64,000 nt of DNA. Source: Anthoceros angustus (Eukaryota; Plantae; Anthocerotophyta). Shown here piece after piece: positions 14,225-25,785 of this stretch. Made by a program: the position numbers and the translations under genes. The notes beneath the pieces were generated by a model. The model was not told the origin of the DNA, did not search any database, and was given only the letters and a program-made list of their open reading frames with translations. Where the stretch lies: NCBI GenBank assembly GCA_010909165.1, contig VJWM01000258.1, positions 62,001 through 126,000 of the forward strand. The letters run 5' to 3'. Numbering within the stretch: the stretch's first letter is position 1; each line of letters begins with the position of its first letter.

Positions 14225-15651
14225 ATGGAGCAGAGCCCGGGAGGGGACGCGGCGGGGAGCAATTTGAAGAAGCGGGCGGCGGCTCGGCAGATATCCAAGG
14301 ACGATGATCTGGACGCGGAGGAGGACGAGGGGCAGGAGGGAGGGGGTAGCGGGACGTTCCAGCGGGCGCCCGACTCGGTGTTGGCTACCAGGCGGATTGT
14401 GAAGGTTCGGAGGACGCCTGGGGCTGCGGCTAGTGCGGCTAGTGCCGGCGGGGAGGTGCTGTAGCGGCTAATCCGTTTGCGGGCATCAGCCTGGTGGCGC
14501 CCGCAGTGGTGGCAGCGCAGGCCACGGCTTCTGCCGTTTCCGTTTCCGTTGCGGCTACGACGTCCGCGGCCGTCGAGGCATTGGGTTCGGCTGCGGTGGA
14601 GGAGAGTGCGGTGGCGACGTCCGGGGCGAGGAGGCGGGGCTGCGGTGGGTACGAGTGGGAAGGAGGAGGAGACGGCGGAGTCTGGAGTTGCTCAGGCGGA
14701 TGCTGGGACGGTGGAGGTTGAGGAATCGGTAGCGAAGGAGAATGGGAGGCGGGGAAGGAGGAGGAGAAGGTGGCGGAGAATGGGAGCAATGGGAACGCCG
14801 GAGGGGAGGGAGGGGAGCAGAAGGAGGTGGTGGGTGGGGGGGCTGCACCGCAGAGCTTTCAGCAGGCTTCCTTGAGTGCCAATGCCTTCGGGTCGTTTGC
14901 TGGGGCGTTGGGGACAGGGTTCTCAGGTAGCGAATTTTCTGGGAATGATTCGGCATCGTCGTTTGCCTTTGGGTCTGTGGGGTTAGGGGCCACTGGCTTC
15001 GGAGGGGGCCGCACGGGGACTGGTGCGTTTCCATCGCTTTCGACAGTGTTCGGGAGAAGCAATGGGGTTCCTCCGTTTCAGTTGTTCGGGGGGTCGAATA
15101 ATGCGTCCTCTGCTGCCGGTGGGTCGTCCACTGCGTGGAGGCCTGTGGCTCTGCCAGAGGTGGCTGTGGAGACGGGGGAGGAGAAGGAGACGTCGGTGTT
15201 CTCTTCAGATGCTTCGCTTTTTGAGTTCTCGAAAGAAGGAGGATGGAAGGAGAGAGGGAAGGGGGAGCTGAAAGTGAACATCTCTCAGGACAGTGCACGC
15301 ACTGCCAGGCTCGTGATGCGGTCCAAGGGCAACTATCGGCTGTTGCTCAATGCTAATCTATTTCCGGACATGAAGCTGACCAGAATGGAGAGCCGGGGGG
15401 GTGTCTCGTTCGCCTGTGTCAACAGTGCTACGGAAGGCAAGGATGGACTGGTCACCTATGCTGTGAAGATGCGGGACAGTGGCTCGGTCGGGGACTTCAT
15501 GGCCGCTGTCGACTCCTACAAGGGCCGGGTTCAGCCCAGCACAGACTTGAAGACACCGGAGAACTCTCCCAAGGCCTCTGACGAACATCCGAAGCCATTT
15601 GAAGAAGCTGCTCCCAACGCAGACTCTGAGAAGACTGGTGCTGAGGTCTGA
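14225..15651 (+). CDS. NUP50: Nucleoporin NUP50-like (N-terminal NUP50 motif + RanBD); three apparent frameshifts in G/A runs
   Basis: KKRAAARQISKDD...TFQRAPDSVLATRRIVKVRR, then ANPFAGI, then RanBP1 domain LPEVAVETGEEKE...WKERGKGELKVN...RLVMRSKGNYRLLLNANLFPDMK. The coding sense switches frame near 14455, 14630 and 14755. Confidence 0.85.
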
Positions 15652-17243
15652 TCTTGGTGTCACATCCTGCTTTGCACAAGTGTGGCATGGAATGTCGTCT
15701 TCACGAGACCCGTGAGGCACAGGACTGTGCTCCGGTCATCACCTTCCAGAACCTTCTGTTCAGAGTGGGCTACTGTTGCTGGAAGGGCTTGGAGCGCGTT
15801 GAACCATAGTTAGTAGATACACATGATGTTGCCGAAGCTATGACTGAGCCGGGATCATCCGCGATAGGATTCGGAGAGGTGTGTCTGGGAGTTAAAAATA
15901 GGACGAGTGGATAACAGTTGCTGCAGGGAGGTAGACCAGAGAGAGCAAGTTTTGGAGGGTATACTGTACGCACGCTGCCACGCTCCGCAAGGGGTATGGA
16001 GAGAAGTTTTGAATTTATTGTCCTTGCTGCGACGTCATCGCGCCCCCTCCTTCTCGTCAGCTGCCAAGCTTGCTTCTGGGAGCAAGCTTGGCAGCCACTG
16101 ATCGAATCCGCAATCCTGGGTGTGGGTGTGTACTGCATACATACATTCGGTACGATGTGGGTCCAAGCTTGCAGGTTGTTGTTAGGAAACTGACACTCTG
16201 GATCTCCGCGTTTCCTTGCCGTCCTGACACACACTTGGTAAGGATACCCGTAAATTCCCCAATCATCAGGTCAATCATCAGCGCAACGCGTTTTTAAGGT
16301 AGACGGTCACCATGTCCATACAATGTTAAAAGAAGTCACATACGGTGATAATCCGACAACGGACGAGGATGCACCAGCGTGCTTCGACTCGTCTTCGAAC
16401 AGGGTGCCGACTCGGCTTGCCAGCCACGTGTGTAACGTCTACCAGCCGTCTACCTGCACATAAACGTGTGTAGCGTACGAGAACCAGATTCCACATTCGA
16501 CGCCTTGTAATCGTTACAATTACTTGCACCAAATTTTCATTGCTTTTCACCACAGAGTGTGCAGCTTGATTCCACAAATCAACTATGCTGGCCAACACAT
16601 CACTTGCAGAAGTCCATCTGAATGATCCCATGCATTTCCTTCCCAGCATCCTGCCACCGAACCCATGGCCCGGAATGACAGCGTGGAACCGGTCTGGAGA
16701 GGTAGAATTAGCACAGTCTCAAGCATGAAAGCACAGCATTCAGCCTATTAGGCACCTGCTTCCTCTTCTCTACGAGCTTGACAAGCAGGGAACTGGGCTT
16801 CGAAGAGGACAGTGATCTGTCTGACTCTAAGCCTGCTTCCCTCTCCATTGACGGCTCTCTCCACGAGCTGATTTGTGAGAAGGTCGTCGTGCATGGATGA
16901 AACACACAGTTACCCTCATTGACGCAACCATGCCATTTTAGCAGTAGATCCATATAATCTGCAGGGATGCCTCCTCATCGAACTGGCCTACCTATTAGAA
17001 CCTAGAACTCGGCTTTTCATGTACTTGTACACATCAAGACTCTACAGCACGTCTGCACTCTCCTACATTGATAGAAGTAGTTTACACTGTTCCCAACGAT
17101 GTTCAGAATTTGCATTCGAAAGGGCTGCTAGTAGCCTGGAACGTCAGCTACAAGTGCACAACCTGCACGACGAGATCTCAGAATATGGGAAGAAAAAGAG
17201 GAAATGCTTGTACTTCATACTTTCTTGTATCACCGTTCCAAAT

Positions 17244-18674
17244 CTACACAGCTGTCGTTTCCTCTTTCTTTGCATCACCGTTCTCCTTGATAGCAGGGGG
17301 CCCCTCCGTTGGCAAGTTCTTCCTCTCTTTGCCTTCCTTGATGGCCCAGTAGCTCCAAACTTGTGATTTGGGAGGCTCCTTTGCTTCGCCTATGGGAGCA
17401 ACCAACCCTGGTTTTCCATCATCAATCACGTGGTCCACAAGTCCATATTCGACAGCCTCCCATGCATTCATGAAGTTGTCGCGGTCAGTGTCTATCTCTA
17501 TCTGCAGGACAACAGATATTATGGTCATGCCGGGACATTGTAGAGGTGAAAAGTTTCAGGGCTGAACGCACAGAACATCGGTAGATGGTGGCAGGTGTCA
17601 GGCAACACGTACCTGCTCCTCTGATTTTCCAGTCAGTCGAGCCATGATCTTAGTTAGCTTGACCTTATGATACATCATCTCCCTCACTTGCAACCCGACG
17701 TCAATGGCCTGCACACAGCCAATTTCACCAAAACCAATGAGACCAAACGAGAATGGACGTCCTTGCAATGGTGCTCAAGATCGATGCTGACTTACACTGC
17801 CACCCGCACCCCCTAGAGGCTGATGAATCATCACTCGAGCATTGGGCATGCAGTAACGCTTCCCCTTCGAACCAGCTGCTAGTAGAAATGCACCCATGGA
17901 TGCAGCAAGACCAAAACAGACCGTTGATATATCCGCTCTACAAAGTTTCATCGCATCATAGATTCCCATTCCTGTTGTCTTTGCAAATTTCGTTTCAATC
18001 AGGTTCTGAAATGAAAGAAATACAGCAAGTCCAGGAGCTAGCAGAGCAGTTGAAAAAAGAGAAGATAAAGCTCACAGCAGAACCCACTTGCTCAGAAGAG
18101 AACTATCCATTCACAATGCGAGAAAATAGCAAGTACCAGCAGTGACAGAACCACCCGGAGAATTGATAAGCAGCTTAATGTCTGTGGTAGGATCTTGTGC
18201 GTCCAGCAGCAACATCTGGCTGATGATCACATCGGCCGAGAAGTCATCCACCTGCGGTGCAAACAACATGGACTAGGTCATTCGCCGAACAAATACAATA
18301 TGTGGCCCAAACGAGGAAAAGAGCAGCAAGCCACGAGTGAGGCACCAAACCTGTGAACCCAGAAAAATCATTCGTTGTTGGAGCAGCACGCTGTTTGGGT
18401 CCAGGTCCTGCAGTCTGGGTAGTCTAGGCTGTGGCGGTGCAAATGGGCTGACTGAATTCCAAGCCTCTGCTGGCCCCGGCAAAGCACAAGAAGCAGGCAT
18501 TCTGTGCTGCCAACCATTTTGACCCAATTGCGGGGAGCTCCTGCTGAACCGTGGATGTACACGGAAGTGACCCACCTGTTGGCCGATGGCAGACGAAGAA
18601 GCGCGGCTGGGAACGCCATGGCTGCGTTGCCAGCAGGAAGACGGCAGCTGGGAAGCTGCCAAAGCTGGAGGCAT
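17244..18674 (-). CDS. CLPP3: Plastid ATP-dependent Clp protease proteolytic subunit ClpP3, multi-exon, with transit peptide
   Basis: [33 protein letters not shown] (catalytic Ser), VMIHQPLGG (His), DTDRDNFM (Asp). The C-terminal [14 protein letters not shown] extension is characteristic of ClpP3. Confidence 0.93.
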
Positions 18675-19011
18675 TTTGTCTCCCCGGAAACCCAAGCGCT
18701 GGGCTCCTCCGGACTCACGACCGACCCCAAGCCAGCGGTCAGCCAGAAGCATTTTAGAAATTGCGCTGGGAGAGTTTGAGTGATTCAGGTAATTTGCATA
18801 AGTCGGTGATTAATTGTGCGTTTTAGGCAGCTATTTCCACCAAAAGGATTAGGTGAACGGGGCTTTATGTATGAAACCAAGATGGGTAGGTAATCCCATC
18901 CACACCGAAATACGCTAGTGTGAAAAGACAGGCCCCTTGACAGGGAAAATTCGGTCCTGAACTATTAATATTTTTGTGATTAAAAATTTAGTAAAAATCT
19001 GGATGCACGAA

Positions 19012-19084
19012 GGGGATGTAGCTCAGATGGTAGAGCGCTCGCTTAGCATGCGAGAGGTACGGGGATCGATACCCCGCATCTCCA
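19012..19084 (+). tRNA. tRNA-Ala (AGC), intronless, 73 nt
   Basis: GGGGATGTAGCTCAGATGGTAGAGCGCTCGCTTAGCATGCGAGAGGTACGGGGATCGATACCCCGCATCTCCA folds into a cloverleaf with anticodon AGC and a G3:U70 Ala identity pair. TTTTT follows ~12 nt downstream. Confidence 0.98.
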
Positions 19085-20779
19085 ATGAATTCGCTTTTTC
19101 ATAAATGTGGATGGCGCTGCTCGGCTACCTACAGTTCGGTATCCTTTCTTTTCTTTCTTTTTCTTTTCTTTCTTCTTTATCCTTTCTTTTCTTTCTTTTT
19201 CTTTTCTTTCTTCTTCCTCTACATGCATAAGAAGAAAAAATCATTGAAGCCTATGATGTTCATCTCCCAACAATTTTTTCTACTCCCCCTTCTATGGCTA
19301 CCTACCTATATACACACTTTGGAATTCTTCCTTCTTTCTCTACTTACAGAAGAAGAGAAAATCATTGAAGCCTATGATGTTTCATCTTCCATCTCCCAAC
19401 AACCAACATTGAAGGCTTATTAGTTCAAGACATAAAAAAAGCTTATACATCTTATCCCACTTTCAACATCAACAAAGTACACAATATTAACTTTACTTAG
19501 ATCACACTATTACCTTAAAACTATCAAATATTTCAAAAAGCCCATTGGGTTGGTTTCCACCATCTCTATGCATGTTAGGTTCCCTTTGTGCAAACTGCCA
19601 TGGCATTGTAATTAATAAAGTAAAGTAAAGATGGTAATAAAAATTAAAAATGATTGAGCAAACCTCATGATGTAAGAAGAAGAAGAATTTTATTTAGGGA
19701 TAAGCAATACCTAGCTACATTTTTAGGCTCTTTTTCTATCCTTTCTATAATATATATATTGTAAAGCCTATTTCTATTTTCTCCCGTGAGTTCTCACCCC
19801 TTCATTTTTTTCTTCTTCTTCTTTCTATACTATATAATTTTGTAGGGTTATTTTATATCCTCCATAGATTCTCTATAATTGTATGTGTAAAACAATTTGA
19901 AAGAGTTGTCTACAATTGTGTGTCCAAATGGCTTAGGCCAAATGGACACACATTTATAAGAACGTCGTGATTAAGCATCCTGCGGCTAGATGGGTACATA
20001 GATGGGTACTTAGATGAGGTGTCTAAAGGGAAGTGAATGCCCTTGATGGAAGTAGCTTAGACACACCATGGTACAAGTTGTTAAGTACCAAGTCCCATGA
20101 CGGAAATACGTTCTTAGTGGACTTAAATAAAATTCTTCTTCTTCTTCTATCTACAGAAGCATTCGAAGAGTTCCTACTTTAGAAATGCTCTGGAAGTGCT
20201 CTAAAGAGTGTTACCCTTGTGAACAGCACGGCTAGCATCGGGCAAAGGGAGACAATATTAGCCATCTAATCCTGCTTTAAGCCATCTAATCCTGTTTACC
20301 TTTTCAAAGAGAAACGAGAAACGTCTACGGCAAAGCCCTTCAACGACCCACTTAAGCTTATCTTTCACTTATCAACCATGGGCCACCTTCTCTTCGTAAG
20401 GGTTCATATTCTGGGGGAGTGCTCTGCTTGTCAATTCGCAAGATGCTTCCCTCTACCGTCCATGTCCTCTGAAAAACTTTCGGCTATTCAAACTTGCATC
20501 AAAGGTTTTCCATGTGGGAGGATGAGACTATGGAAACGTGCACGGGATGGAGCATCTTTTCTCGGTTACGATCCAGGTTTCACAAACGTTTGAACAAACT
20601 CTATGCCGAGAAGATCACAGGACGATGTACATCCTCACAAAAAATGGGAATGGCCACAACCGAGTCCTGTATCTACCATGCCCGAATAGTTCTGCAAACA
20701 GAAAATGAGCTCTCCTATAACGATGCTAACGGGAGGTTACACAAAACAGCCTCCGGTGTCGAGGTTGCGCGGCCGAGAA

Positions 20780-22720
20780 GTTCTTGTTCTGTATGAACAA
20801 ATGGAGCAGGAGGGCCTAATTTGGGCTAACCCTGTTACTTTTGAGAAGCCTTTTGAATAACTGTGCAAGCACTGGTGCCTACAGAAGAGCAGACAGCTGC
20901 ACTCACAGATGGAGAACGTAGCTGGAGAACGTAATGTTGGGCAACTGCCTGGTAGACATGTATGGAAAATGTGGTGAACTGGGAGATGCACGACATGCAT
21001 GAGTGACGGACTACGTACGTGGTCTGAGCAAGGTTGCAGTCATCGTGTTTTTGGCAAGAGCTAGCTAGGCATGCTGCGAGGCTCTAACAGACGGATTAGT
21101 AGTAGTCAGTGGACGCCCCCTATGACATGGAATGCCCTGATATCTCGGTATGCACAGCAAGGGCTCGGGCAGGAGGGGCTTGTTGTGATATGGACAAATG
21201 AAGCAGGAGAGCCTGATTTTGGCAAACCATGTTACTTTTGCGTGCCTTCTGAAGACCTGTGCATGCGCTGGTGCCGTACAGAAGGGCAGGCAGCTGCGTC
21301 CACAGATTGTCGAACGAGGACTGCTGGATAATTGTAGTGTTGAGCAACTGCCTGGTGGACTATATGCAAAATGTGGAGAACTGGAAGATGCACGTCAGGT
21401 TTTCGACAGCATGAACACCAAGGATGTGGTGACGTTGAATGCCCTGATAGCTGGGTATGGGCAAATGGAGCAGGAGGGACCTGTTTTGGCTAACCATGTT
21501 ACTTTTACTTGCCTTCTGAAGGCCACAGCTTTGCAACCACTGGTGCGTTACAGAAGGGCAGGCAGCTGCACTCACAGTTTGTCGAAAGGAGACTGCTGGA
21601 TGACGTAGTGTTGGGCAACTGCCTGGTGGACAGGACGGGTTTAAAATGTGGTTAACTGGACGGGTTTTTGAAAGCTTGGCCACAAAGGACGTGGTGGCTT
21701 GGAATGCTGATATCAGCATGTGCTGATATCTGGGTATGCTGCTTATGATGATGGTCACGGAGCACTGGCTTGTTTTGGGGAGATGTTAGCTGCCGATGTT
21801 CAGCCTGACGGTGCTGCCTTCTATACTGGAAGATGCACGCTGGGTTTTTGAAAGCTTGGCCACAAAGGACGTGGTGACATGGAATGTCCTGATATCTGGG
21901 TATGGTGCTTATGATGATGGTCACAGATCACTGGCTTGTTGGGAGGAGATGGTAGTTGCCGATATTCAGCCTGATGGTGCTACATTTACTTGCCTTCCAG
22001 TAGCATGCAGTTATGAGGGACTGGTCGACGAGGGTCTCAAGCACTTTGATTCCATGGCTGATCAGCATGGCGTCAAATCTGTACTGTGGAGCATTACAAT
22101 GTCATGATTGATCGTCTTGGGCGTGCAGGCCATTTAGATTTGGCAGAGAAGATGATATTATCATGTGAGGGCCAAAGTAATGTTGGGGGCTTGACGTCTT
22201 TGTTGGATGCCTGCAAAAGTCACGGGGATATAGAGAGGGCGATGTGGTGTTTTGAAAGCAATGTTAAGCTGGACCCCCAGGAGGCGCCCGTCTATGTGGT
22301 CATGACCAATGCCTATGCAGATGCAGGTAGGTGGACCGATGTAGACAGGAGTGAAGCACAGAGAATGGTAGCAGAAGCTAACAAGAAACCTGCAACGGCG
22401 ACCATTGAGGTAAATAAGCTGGTAAAGCGATTCCTGGTGGGAGAAACTTGAAGGAGAGAGGATATTGCCCTTAAGGTCTTCACGTGTGAAGCAGGAGGGA
22501 GGCGACGTACCTTACAAAGTTGGTGTTGAAGCCAGTGTGTGAGAAGGAAAAGGAAAGATGCGCTTTGTGGGTATGCGGAGAAGCAAGCTCTGTCGTGTGG
22601 TCTCTTGAATACTCCCGAGTGGTGATGACGAAGAATCTACGCTTGTGCAGTGATTGCCACGGTTCTACGAAGATCATGTCAAGTCTTGAACATCGTTGTA
22701 AGGGAGGGGTCCCTTGTGCC
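20780..22720 (+). pseudogene. Decayed PLS-PPR-E1-E2-DYW:KP RNA-editing-factor gene
   Basis: Frameshifted or stop-interrupted PPR motifs (YAKCGELEDARQVFDSMNTKDVVTLNALIAGY; VTWNVLISGY; TFTCLPVACSYEGLVDEG; MIDRLGRAGHL). KP box NKKPATATIEV. DALCGYAEKQA replaces HAEKLA. KNLRLCSDCHGSTKIMS. Contains an internal ~180-bp duplication (21660-21800 vs 21842-21980). Confidence 0.85.
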
Positions 22721-23008
22721 TCGATTCGCAGCTGGTTCTTCGACCGTGAGAATAATGAAGAACTAGCCACAGTCGAGAGTGCACGCCAGAGTAATGCTTT
22801 TGGGGTGAACGTGCTTGCTTAACTCCATCGCTGTCCAAACTGAGACTTGGAGATGGTTGGCCAGCTCGTTCAATTTGGAGGCTTGCGATCTGGATGGGTC
22901 ACGGATTCGGGCGAGCTCACCCGCAAGGGACGGGCAGCTGTAGGAGATCAGGGATGGGGGGGGTGCAGGCCTGCAATTTGGCTCAGATCCGGTGGAATCC
23001 GGATCAGC

Positions 23009-23064
23009 CTGGCCCCGGCGAAGCACAAGGAGCAAGCATTCTGTGCTGCCAACCATTTTGACCC
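23009..23064. other. 56-bp copy of ClpP3 exon 1 sequence (source 18470-18525), same orientation
   Basis: CTGGCCCCGGCGAAGCACAAGGAGCAAGCATTCTGTGCTGCCAACCATTTTGACCC matches 18470-18525 at 53/56 positions. Confidence 0.85.
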
Positions 23065-23310
23065 GGGCCTTCAATTGCCGTCCGGTCTCCATGGTTTGCC
23101 AAATTTCAAATTCTGCCTGGAACAGGCGGGCATACGGCAGAGATGCTGAATTTTGTGAGCGCGCTCAGTCCCCGGAGATATGCACCCAGGCAGCCATGAG
23201 TGACAACATGAGCTTGGGGCGGGCCCAGGATGCGGAAAAGACTGCCGCGGCGAAGATAGCTTCCTTGGCTGAGAAGGTCTCGTCGGGCGGAACGAGTAGG
23301 CGTGCTTGAT

Positions 23311-23486
23311 TTTTTTTTTTAATTTGGTATTTTGAAAATAAATCAAAACAACCCCGGGGGAGAAATCTTCAGCAAGGGTTCTGATTCCCTATGTTACACA
23401 TCGTATCTTCCTGTTGTGATTCCCCTATGTTACACATCGTATCTTCCTGTTGTGATTCCCCTATGTTACACATCGTAGACTTTACT
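23311..23486 (-). mobile_element. 176-bp retroposed insertion (SINE or 5'-truncated LINE end) with poly(A) tail and 14-bp TSD
   Basis: Direct repeats TAGGCGTGCTTGAT at 23297-23310 and 23487-23500. T10 run at the left edge (poly(A) on minus strand). Internal ~36-bp tandem repeat GATTCCCCTATGTTACACATCGTATCTTCCTGTTGT, ~2.7 copies. Confidence 0.72.
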
Positions 23487-24954
23487 TAGGCGTGCTTGAT
23501 GTGCAGTTTGGGTGCCTCTGATGTAAGCCAACCCTATAGTGCTTAAGCTGATTGTGGCAGACTGGATGACGGTTCAGGCTGAGCAGGAGCTGCATTACCT
23601 CCAGATTTTCAGAGCAGAGAGGTGGGACAAAGCTATTTGACATCAATCTGGACTACCCCTCTTGCCACGGCGCATGGATGCTGGCTGGTGTTGAGCATCA
23701 GACCTGATGTTGTAAGTGGCTGGGCCTACGTACTTCGTTTTCTCCGCCAGCCCAGTTGTTTGCAGCAGTTCGTTGTGGACACCCGACTTGCATCCTGGCG
23801 GGGACAAGTCATGGAACGATGCCCTGAATGCTTCATGATGTACGTTGGGGTTTGTGGGGGCTGTTTTTTCTTAGGTTTGGTTAGGGTGCCCCGGTGTCGT
23901 CGTTCTTGCCCCCCGCATTTAGGGATGAGGTTTTTTTCCGGGGACGTTGTCTCGGCTCGCAGGTGGCCAGCGTCCTCAGCTCTGGTCGTGTTTGCTCGCG
24001 GGGTTGGTCTTCGTTCTCCCCTCCGTGTTCCTCTTGTTGTGAGCTCGCTCTTGTTCTTCCCATTAATAAAACTCAGAGTCTCTTCAAACAAAAGTGACAC
24101 CGGCCGGGTCCAGGACTCCAGGCGTCCAGGCTTGCTTGCCGTATGGATACCTTTGTGTACATATGTACAGTACATGTGTCCAGGGTACAGTAACAAAGTG
24201 ACTGGGGTGAAGTGCCCACCATACGTGAGGACAAGAGCATAGCCGTCCCGTTCGGACACGCCGGTGAATGGCGGAACTCATGTCAAACTCGCAAAATCTA
24301 ATGCCTATTACTAGGTAGCCAGACCGCTAGGTCGACAGTGATCGAGGGGTATATGTAGTATAAAAACAAACGACCCGGATCAGAAGGCGGCCGTGAGGCT
24401 GACTTTGGGGAACAACATGGTTTCTTCTCTTGGCTGGAGCTCGGAGGCCCACGGCCGTGATTAGTGCAACCTGAGATCTGAGGGCTTCGGCTTCGGCTCC
24501 CGCAAGGCTGAGGAGAAATTAGGACGCATTCTGGTATCTACTCTCTCCGAGTCCTGGCCTTGCTGTGTGGTTGATAGGAAGAATTTTGTGCTTTTCAAAG
24601 TTTCTGCAGCAGGCTTCCCCAGTTTTACGAGGGGGAGATCTCGGGACTTTGCTGGCCTCGGGCATCTTGGCTACCCGCACCCTCCTTTCCTCCGTCACTC
24701 CCTCCCTGCACCCTGAGTGAGAGGCAAGGAAGACCGGAAGCGCTGCGAGCGGGCCTAGGCCAGTTTAGGAAGAGCAGCCTGCCGAAACTGTGCTCTTGTG
24801 CGCGGAATGCGCTCCTCTGGACCAGCTTGAAAAATCTCCCACCCGGGTTAGGGTCACTAATCCCAGCCTACTGTCATCTCTGTGTTGTGCGCAGAGTGGA
24901 TTGGTAGCATCTTGACATTCTTGCCAGGGCCAAGCCAAGACGCTGTCCCTTGCC

Positions 24955-25720
24955 ATGGCGAGCACCAGGCTTCCGTCTGTGGACGACATGTTGTCTATTC
25001 TGTGGTCTCCCGACGAGCTTGCCCGCCGAGTCGCCGAGATGGGGAATGCCATATCACACGATTTTGATGGCGAGTCTCTGGCTGTCGTCGGTGTAAGCTC
25101 CTCCTCCTCCTGCTCTACTCTTCCTTAACAATGTCATGCGGGTTGGTCGTTTGGTCTTTCATCACAAAATCCTTCTTGTGTTATAGGTTGCCACGGGAGC
25201 CTATATGTTTCTGGCCGACCTGGTGCGGAAAATAACGCTGCCTATGACAGTTGATTTCATCCGGGTTTCCTCCTACGGAAACAGTACAGAATCAACCGGA
25301 AAGGTCACCTTCTTCACAGACATCCAAACCGATGTGAAGGACAAGCATGTCCTAATAGTAAGCTCTTCCTGCCACACCATCTCTGTCCTGCATACTAAAC
25401 TACAGTAGTATTAACAGGACACGCGTTGCGGTCGTGTCATCCTGCAGGTGGAAGACATCATCGACACTGGCATAACCCTCTCCAAGCTCGTGGACCATCT
25501 CACGGCCAAGGGCCCGGCCTCTGTGTCCGTGTGTGTGCTCTTGGACAAGGAAGCTCGGAGGAAGGTGCCACTGCTGCTGGGGAACGGAGGCAGGCTCTAC
25601 ACCGGGTACAAGTGCCCGGATTCTTTTGTGGTAGGCTACGGGCTGGACTACGCTGAGCAGTACCGCGGACTTCCATACATCGGTGTGCTGAAACCAGAGA
25701 TTTACGAAGCCAACCCCTAA
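24955..25720 (+). CDS. HGPT: Hypoxanthine-guanine phosphoribosyltransferase, 3 exons: 24955-25092, 25187-25357, 25448-25720
   Basis: [27 protein letters not shown]-binding [36 protein letters not shown]. Junctions are GT-AG and in frame. Confidence 0.95.
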
Positions 25721-25785
25721 TGCTTGCAAAGAAAGCTTGCTCAGAGATAACGCTGTTACAACTCCGCCAACCTGTGTGGCGCAGC

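Noticed and set aside
14555-15298. 247-aa Pro-rich minus ORF
   Set aside because: Antisense to NUP50 and low complexity.
15700-17000. Many 60-150 aa ORFs between NUP50 and CLPP3
   Set aside because: They overlap in all frames with no conserved motifs; probably UTR or intergenic.
23560-24250. ORFs 23622-24242 and 23726-24259; possible LINE 3' end
   Set aside because: No RT or endonuclease motif recognised, only an AATAAA near 24065.
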